NCBI GenBank assembly: GCA_046052125.1
Contig: JBJOMY010000001.1
Span: forward strand, 726,431 to 790,430
Length of the DNA: 64,000 bases
From: Cyanobacteriota bacterium
Lineage (GTDB): Bacteria > Cyanobacteriota > Cyanobacteriia > PCC-6307 > Cyanobiaceae
Reading direction: 5' to 3'
The notes under the pieces were generated by a model that saw nothing but the letters and a program-made list of their open reading frames with translations, was not told the DNA's origin and ran no database searches. Numbering within the stretch: the first letter of the stretch is position 1; each line of letters begins with the position of its first letter. Position numbers and translations under genes: made by a program. Below are positions 58,360 to 64,000 of this stretch, in pieces.

Positions 58360-59760
58360 TCAGGCTACCGGCCGCAGTCGCTCGGGCAGCACGTCGTAGC
58401 GCAGCAGTTCCTCCGGCTGTTCACGCCGCTGCACCAGCTCTGCCATTCCGTCGTGCACCATCACCGCCGCCGGCCGGGGGATGCGGTTGTAGTTCGACGA
58501 CATCGAAGCGTTGTACGCACCGGTGGCAAACACCGCCAACACATCACCACTGGTGGCGGGCGGCAGCTGGAGATCCTTCAGCAGCACATCACCGGATTCG
58601 CAGTGCTTACCGGCGAGGGTCACGGTGTCGGTAGCTTCGGCCTCTGGGCGATCAGCCAGAACAGCGGTGTAGAGCGATTGATAGGTGATGGGCCGGGGGT
58701 TATCGCTCATGCCGCCATCCACAGATACATAGGTGCGGATGCCAGGGATCTCCTTGCGGCTGCCCACGCTGTAGAGCGTCACCCCAGCCGTGGCCACCAG
58801 CGAACGCCCCGGCTCACACAGCAGGCGCGGCAGATCGAGGCCCCGCTCCTGGCAGGCGCCAGCCACAGCTTCCGCCACGGTGCGCACCCAGGCATCGATC
58901 GACGGGGGATCATCACTCTCCACGTAGCGGATGCCCAGGCCACCGCCCACGTTGAGGTCACTCACGGGATGACCCAGCTCGCGGGCCAACTTGAGGGCAT
59001 CGGCCATCACACCGGCGAGATCGCGGTGGGGCTGGAGCTCAAAGATCTGAGAGCCGATGTGGGCATGCAGGCCAGTGAGCTGGGCCCAAGCGCAGCCTTT
59101 GAGGTGCGCCAACACCGCCTCCAGCTGGTCGGGGTCAAACCCGAACTTGCTATCGAGGTGGCCGGTGCGGATGTATTCGTGAGTGTGGCACTCGATGCCG
59201 GGGGTGAAGCGCAGCATCAGCCGCACCGGCTGGCTGGGCGCCAGCGCCGCCAGCTGCTCGAGATCGAGCCAGTTATCCGCCACCACGGTCACGCCCAGAT
59301 CAACAGCTAGCCGCAGTTCATCGGCGCTTTTGTTGTTGCCGTGGAACACGATCCGCTCCGGCGGCATGCCCCCCTGTACGGCCGTGAGCAACTCACCGGC
59401 AGACACCGCATCCAGACCCAGGCCTTCAGAGGCCACCACCGCCGTGATCGCCAGGCTGCTGTTCGCCTTGGAGGCGTAGAGCGCCAGGGCCGAGCCGGGG
59501 TAGTGGGACGCCAGCGCCTTGCGATAGGCCTGGGCCGTGCCCCGCAGGCTGCCTTCATCGAGCACATACAAGGGTGTGCCGTAGCGGCGAGCCAGATCGC
59601 TCAGCACGCAGCCGCCCACCACGAGGCGCCCTTCGGCATCCACAGCGGTGGTGACGGGCGTGAGATTGCGGTTGGGGCTGGCGGCATCACGCGCCGCCTC
59701 GTAGGGCCGCAGGGAGGAACGATCAACCGCTGCAGCAGCGGGTGCACTGGTACTAGTCAT
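58360..59760 (-). CDS. lysA: Diaminopimelate decarboxylase
   Basis: YASKAN, HIGSQI, EPGRSLV, HCESGD and TGAY. Confidence 0.96.
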   Translation of the reverse strand: MTSTSAPAAAAVDRSSLRPYEAARDAASPNRNLTPVTTAVDAEGRLVVGGCVLSDLARRYGTPLYVLDEGSLRGTAQAYRKALASHYPGSALALYASKANSSLAITAVVASEGLGLDAVSAGELLTAVQGGMPPERIVFHGNNKSADELRLAVDLGVTVVADNWLDLEQLAALAPSQPVRLMLRFTPGIECHTHEYIRTGHLDSKFGFDPDQLEAVLAHLKGCAWAQLTGLHAHIGSQIFELQPHRDLAGVMADALKLARELGHPVSDLNVGGGLGIRYVESDDPPSIDAWVRTVAEAVAGACQERGLDLPRLLCEPGRSLVATAGVTLYSVGSRKEIPGIRTYVSVDGGMSDNPRPITYQSLYTAVLADRPEAEATDTVTLAGKHCESGDVLLKDLQLPPATSGDVLAVFATGAYNASMSSNYNRIPRPAAVMVHDGMAELVQRREQPEELLRYDVLPERLRPVA

Positions 59761-59794
59761 CAGGCGATCCTATGAAGAGCCCCGCCTGCACCCG

Positions 59795-60298
59795 GTGTCT
59801 GCTGAGACAGAGTCGCCCCATCCAGCCGGTCAAACCGTTCGACTGCTGGATAGCGGCGATCTCGAGGCGTGTCTGAACCTGGATCAGGCAGCGCTGGGGG
59901 GGCTTTGGACCCGCGAGCAGTGGCTCATCGAGCTGGAGGAGCTGAAACGCCCCTGCCTCGGGGTGGTGGAGAGCGGGCAGTTGCTGGCCCTGGCCTGCGG
60001 CTGGTTGGTGGTGGATGAGCTGCACATCACCGCCGTTGCCACCAGCCCAGATCGGCAGCGCGAGGGCCTCGGGCAACGGGTGCTGCAAGCCCTCCTGGCG
60101 GAAGGAGCCCAGCAAGGAGCCAGGCACGCCACCCTTGAGGTGAGCGCCACCAACCAGGCCGCCAACGCCCTCTACGCCCGCTGCGGGTTTCGCACTGCGG
60201 GCATCCGTCACGGTTACTACTGCAACGGCGATGACGCTCTGATCCAATGGCTGCGCTTACAGGACACGGAAGAGGTTCGGATTGCCGGCCATTCCTGA
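59795..60298 (+). CDS. rimI: RimI-like GNAT acetyltransferase
   Basis: DELHITAVA...REGLG, LEVSATN.AA..LY..CGF and YY.NGDDA. Confidence 0.85.
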   Translation: MSAETESPHPAGQTVRLLDSGDLEACLNLDQAALGGLWTREQWLIELEELKRPCLGVVESGQLLALACGWLVVDELHITAVATSPDRQREGLGQRVLQALLAEGAQQGARHATLEVSATNQAANALYARCGFRTAGIRHGYYCNGDDALIQWLRLQDTEEVRIAGHS

Positions 60299-60448
60299 TG
60301 CGAACAACCGAATATTTGCGCGGCTTGAGTTGTTGAAACCGGGGCCAAAGATTCCAGTTGCCGCAGGCGGTTTCGCAGATGCCTGGCATGCACCACACCA
60401 CCCGGGCCAACCCTGATAAATTGGCTGTACACGCAACAGGCCCCGCCC

Positions 60449-62998
60449 ATGTTCGAGCGGTTTACCGAGAAGGCCATCAAGGTGATCATGCTGGCCCAGG
60501 AAGAGGCCCGCCGCCTGGGACACAACTTCGTGGGCACAGAGCAGATCCTCCTGGGCCTGATCGGCGAGGGCACCGGCGTGGCCGCCAAGGTGCTCAAGTC
60601 GATGGGGGTCAACCTCAAGGACGCTCGCGTTGAGGTGGAGAAAATCATTGGCCGCGGCTCCGGTTTCGTGGCCGTGGAAATTCCGTTTACGCCCAGGGCT
60701 AAACGGGTGCTGGAGCTCTCCCTTGAGGAAGCCCGCCAGCTGGGGCACAACTACATCGGTACCGAGCACCTGCTTCTGGGCTTGATCCGTGAAGGCGAAG
60801 GCGTGGCCGCACGGGTCCTCGAGAACCTCGGCGTCGACCTGGCCAAGGTGCGCACCCAGGTGATTCGCATGCTCGGCGAAACCGCTGAGGTGGCCAGCGG
60901 TGGCGGTGGCGGCAAGGGCTCCACAAAGACCCCAACGCTCGACGAATTCGGCAGCAACCTCACCCAACAAGCCGCTGACGGCAAGCTCGATCCGGTGGTG
61001 GGCCGCCAGCACGAGATCGAACGGGTCATCCAGATCCTCGGCCGCCGCACCAAAAACAACCCCGTTCTGATCGGCGAGCCCGGCGTCGGCAAAACCGCCA
61101 TTGCCGAAGGCCTGGCTCAGCGCATCAACTCGGGCGATGTGCCCGACATCCTCGAAGACAAGCGGGTCCTCACCCTCGACATCGGCCTGTTGGTGGCTGG
61201 CACCAAGTACCGCGGTGAGTTTGAGGAACGCCTCAAAAAGATCATGGAGGAGATCCGGGGCGCCGGAAACGTGATCCTCGTGATCGACGAAGTCCACACC
61301 CTGATCGGCGCCGGTGCAGCTGAAGGCGCCATCGATGCCGCCAACATCCTCAAGCCGGCCCTCGCCCGCGGCGAGCTGCAGTGCATCGGCGCCACCACGC
61401 TGGATGAATACCGCAAGCACATCGAGCGTGATGCCGCTCTTGAGCGCCGCTTCCAGCCGGTTCAGGTAGGTGAGCCCTCGGTGGACGACACCATCGAGAT
61501 CCTGCGGGGTTTGAAAGAGCGCTACGAAGCGCACCACCGCCTCACCATTGCCGATGAGGCACTGGTGGCCGCTGCCACCCTCGGCGATCGCTACATCTCC
61601 GATCGCTTCCTGCCCGACAAAGCGATCGACCTGATCGATGAAGCCGGCAGCCGTGTTCGCCTGATGAACTCCAAGCTGCCACCGGCAGCCAAGGAGGTTG
61701 ATAAGCAACTGCGGGCCATTCAGAAGGAGAAGGAAGACGCCGTTCGCGAGCAGGATTTCACCAAAGCCGGTGAACTGCGCGACAAGGAAGTGGAACTGCG
61801 CGAGCAGATCCGCTCGATCCTGCAGACCCGCAAGGACGAGGTTGAACCCAAAGCCGAAGGCGAGGCAGAACCTGCGGAAGCAGCCGTGAATGCCTTCGAA
61901 GCCGGCGGCGATGCCGAACGCACGCCTATGGTCACCGAGGAAGACATCGCCCAGATCGTGGCCTCCTGGACCGGCGTGCCGGTGCAGAAGCTCACCGAAA
62001 GCGAATCGGCGAAGCTGCTGAATATGGAGGAAACCCTCCACCAGCGCCTGATCGGTCAGGACGAAGCCGTCAAGGCTGTGTCCCGCGCCATCCGCCGTGC
62101 CCGCGTCGGCCTGAAGAACCCCAACCGTCCGATCGCCAGCTTCATCTTCTCCGGCCCCACCGGCGTCGGTAAGACCGAGCTCACCAAATCACTGGCCGCG
62201 TACTTCTTCGGCAGTGAAGAGGCGATGATCCGCCTCGACATGTCGGAGTTCATGGAGCGCCACACGGTCAGCAAGCTGATCGGTTCGCCTCCGGGTTACG
62301 TGGGCTTCAACGAGGGCGGCCAGCTCACCGAGGCCGTGCGTCGTCGCCCCTACACCGTGGTGCTGTTCGATGAGATCGAGAAGGCCCACCCCGATGTGTT
62401 CAACCTGCTGCTGCAGCTCCTGGAAGACGGCCGCCTGACCGACTCCAAGGGCCGCACGGTGGACTTCAAGAACACGCTGATCATCATGACCTCGAACATC
62501 GGTTCGAAGGTGATCGAGAAGGGTGGCGGCGGCCTCGGCTTCGAGTTCTCAGGCGCTGATGCGGAAGAGACCAACTACAACCGCATCCGTTCCTTGGTGA
62601 ACGAAGAGCTGAAGCAATACTTCCGCCCTGAGTTCCTCAACCGCCTCGACGAAATCATCGTCTTCCGTCAGCTCAGCCGCGATGAGGTGAAGGAAATCGC
62701 CGAGATCATGCTCAAGGAAGTGTTTGGTCGCATGAGTGAGAAGGGCATCCATCTCTCCGTCACCGATGGCTTCAAGGAGCGACTGGTGGAAGAGGGCTAC
62801 AACCCCAGCTACGGTGCTCGCCCCCTGCGCCGCGCCGTGATGCGTCTGCTCGAAGACTCCCTAGCCGAGGAATTCCTCTCCGGCCGGATCGGCGAAGGCG
62901 ACAGCGCCGTTGTCGACGTGGACGACAAGAAGCAGGTGGTGATCCGCAAGCTGAACGCCACAGCCCAAGAGCCAGCCCTTGCTACCGCAGGCGCCTGA
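60449..62998 (+). CDS. clpC: ATP-dependent Clp protease ATP-binding subunit ClpC
   Basis: [26 protein letters not shown] and two AAA+ domains ([16 protein letters not shown]). Confidence 0.98.
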   Translation: MFERFTEKAIKVIMLAQEEARRLGHNFVGTEQILLGLIGEGTGVAAKVLKSMGVNLKDARVEVEKIIGRGSGFVAVEIPFTPRAKRVLELSLEEARQLGHNYIGTEHLLLGLIREGEGVAARVLENLGVDLAKVRTQVIRMLGETAEVASGGGGGKGSTKTPTLDEFGSNLTQQAADGKLDPVVGRQHEIERVIQILGRRTKNNPVLIGEPGVGKTAIAEGLAQRINSGDVPDILEDKRVLTLDIGLLVAGTKYRGEFEERLKKIMEEIRGAGNVILVIDEVHTLIGAGAAEGAIDAANILKPALARGELQCIGATTLDEYRKHIERDAALERRFQPVQVGEPSVDDTIEILRGLKERYEAHHRLTIADEALVAAATLGDRYISDRFLPDKAIDLIDEAGSRVRLMNSKLPPAAKEVDKQLRAIQKEKEDAVREQDFTKAGELRDKEVELREQIRSILQTRKDEVEPKAEGEAEPAEAAVNAFEAGGDAERTPMVTEEDIAQIVASWTGVPVQKLTESESAKLLNMEETLHQRLIGQDEAVKAVSRAIRRARVGLKNPNRPIASFIFSGPTGVGKTELTKSLAAYFFGSEEAMIRLDMSEFMERHTVSKLIGSPPGYVGFNEGGQLTEAVRRRPYTVVLFDEIEKAHPDVFNLLLQLLEDGRLTDSKGRTVDFKNTLIIMTSNIGSKVIEKGGGGLGFEFSGADAEETNYNRIRSLVNEELKQYFRPEFLNRLDEIIVFRQLSRDEVKEIAEIMLKEVFGRMSEKGIHLSVTDGFKERLVEEGYNPSYGARPLRRAVMRLLEDSLAEEFLSGRIGEGDSAVVDVDDKKQVVIRKLNATAQEPALATAGA

Positions 62999-63039
62999 GG
63001 CCTCATCCGGCGCCTAGCCTCACTGACAGCTCAATCTTG

Positions 63040-63070
63040 AAGCCCGACCTGTCTGCAGGCCGGGCTTTTT
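63040..63070 (+). terminator. Rho-independent terminator after clpC
   Basis: AAGCCCGACCTG-TCTG-CAGGCCGGGCTTTTT. Confidence 0.8.
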
Positions 63071-63137
63071 GTTGCGTTTCACTGGGAAGCTTAGAGCTAT
63101 GCCAATCTTCAAGGCATCAGGCTGAACAGCGGTTGGG

Positions 63138-63818
63138 ATGAACTCAGGCGAAACAAGGCGAATCGGGCAGCTCAAGGAATGGGGCGTGCTTGCTCTGCTT
63201 TATGGCCTGTCCAATTGCAATGCTGAGATGCTGAGGCGATCGGTGATGAATGATCGCGTTTTACATGCCTCAACAAGTCTGGTGGCGCAGGCGTCTCGCC
63301 TGATCAGCGACCAGCTGCACCCCGCAGTGATGACGATCGGTGCTGCTTGGTTAGCGGGCATGGCGCTGTGCATCGCCAAGGATCGATCATTGCCACGCTG
63401 GACTTTTGACGGGCCGGGGCTGTGGTTTTGCCTGCGCTTAGCGCTGGAGTTTTCAATCATCAGCGGGCTGATTTTCGAACCTTCACTGGTTCAACCAGGA
63501 GTTCTACTTGGGCAAATCGTCATCTTTCTGCCCTTTTTCGCAATCACCTGGGGATGGATCTTTTGTCGAGTGGACTGGGTTGGAGCAAACCAACCAGGCA
63601 GTGTCGTTCTACTAAACGACACTGGACACAGTGCAAGCTACAGCCGATTTGACTATTTCCATTCAACAATTCACACGCTCATCAACAAAGGAACGCCATC
63701 CATCTCCGGGGTGAGCCGACAGGGGCGCGTGCTCGTGCTGCTCTTCAACGTCATGGCGCTCAGCCTTTATGCCGTCGCAATCGCAAGGATCTTGCAACTC
63801 ACAAAAGCATCTCTATAG
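63138..63818 (+). CDS. Hypothetical multi-TM protein, lower GC
   Basis: 226-aa hydrophobic ORF; the C-terminus has an FDYF...RVLVLL...AIARIL pore-like segment. Confidence 0.55.
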   Translation: MNSGETRRIGQLKEWGVLALLYGLSNCNAEMLRRSVMNDRVLHASTSLVAQASRLISDQLHPAVMTIGAAWLAGMALCIAKDRSLPRWTFDGPGLWFCLRLALEFSIISGLIFEPSLVQPGVLLGQIVIFLPFFAITWGWIFCRVDWVGANQPGSVVLLNDTGHSASYSRFDYFHSTIHTLINKGTPSISGVSRQGRVLVLLFNVMALSLYAVAIARILQLTKASL

Positions 63819-63882
63819 AACCAAGCCTTTAGAGACAAAGCCCCCGCAGCCAGCCAAGAAACGAACCAAAAAACCAACCAAC

Positions 63883-63909
63883 AAAAAAGCCACCCTTATG
63901 GGTGGCTTT
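63883..63909 (-). terminator. rRNA operon terminator
   Basis: AAAAAAGCCACCC-TTAT-GGGTGGCTTT, giving a U tail on the minus strand downstream of the 5S rRNA. Confidence 0.8.
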
Positions 63910-63980
63910 CTCGTCTCCAGCTGTTGCGGTGATCAATTCACGCGGCAGCAGTTGGAGGATGGTGGAGCAAAGAATGTTTT

Positions 63981-64000
63981 ACCTGGCATCGACCTATTTT
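63981..64000 (-). rRNA. rrf: 5S rRNA, 3' end only (partial)
   Basis: Reverse complement AAAATAGGTCGATGCCAGGT matches the cyanobacterial 5S 3' end and is followed by a terminator. Only 20 nt are visible. Confidence 0.75.

Noticed and set aside
55715..59760. lysA-cdaA-uppS-bioB cluster as a novel c-di-AMP system
   Set aside because: The lysA-cdaA-uppS arrangement is a known conserved cyanobacterial synteny.
60257..62041. 594-aa minus-strand ORF and similar long antisense ORFs over recBCD, HlyD, lysA and the ABC gene
   Set aside because: Typical high-GC antisense shadows of well-supported genes.
12000..63000. Scattered GCGATCGC/CGATCG (HIP1-like) sites
   Set aside because: A known cyanobacterial genome feature; enrichment cannot be assessed without counting.

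Overview
High-GC picocyanobacterial (Synechococcus/Cyanobium-type) chromosome segment, judged from psbY, psbP, crtH, ycf54 and the lysA-cdaA-uppS synteny. Bases ~1-11,817 are the right end of an integrative element inserted at the 3' end of tRNA-Lys(UUU) (11,818-11,889, minus strand). The element has a tyrosine integrase, two tandem excisionase-like HTH genes, two sigma-70-family factors (one apparently lacking region 4), a LuxR regulator, a DUF433/PIN toxin-antitoxin pair, a phage-like calcineurin-type phosphoesterase and an Acr3/ChrR-cupin cargo block. Its most unusual feature is a set of recurring non-coding motifs: CGGAACYCTWTGGGG...TTGTTCA three times, TAGCCTCCCGCACCTGCA twice plus partial copies, a phased CCACA-N2-TGTGG palindrome array, and a duplicated 15-bp terminator half that brackets the cargo. 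These suggest an element-private transcription programme, which is inference only. From ~12 kb the window is mostly core genome: trmFO, crtH, grxD/bolA, pdxJ, recCBD, a DEAD-box helicase, an RRM protein, a 4xFUSC-TolC-HlyD cluster, recR (probable CTG start), lipA, bioB, uppS, cdaA, lysA and clpC. It ends in the 3' tip of a minus-strand 5S rRNA. All family assignments come from recognising motifs by eye; no database searches were run.
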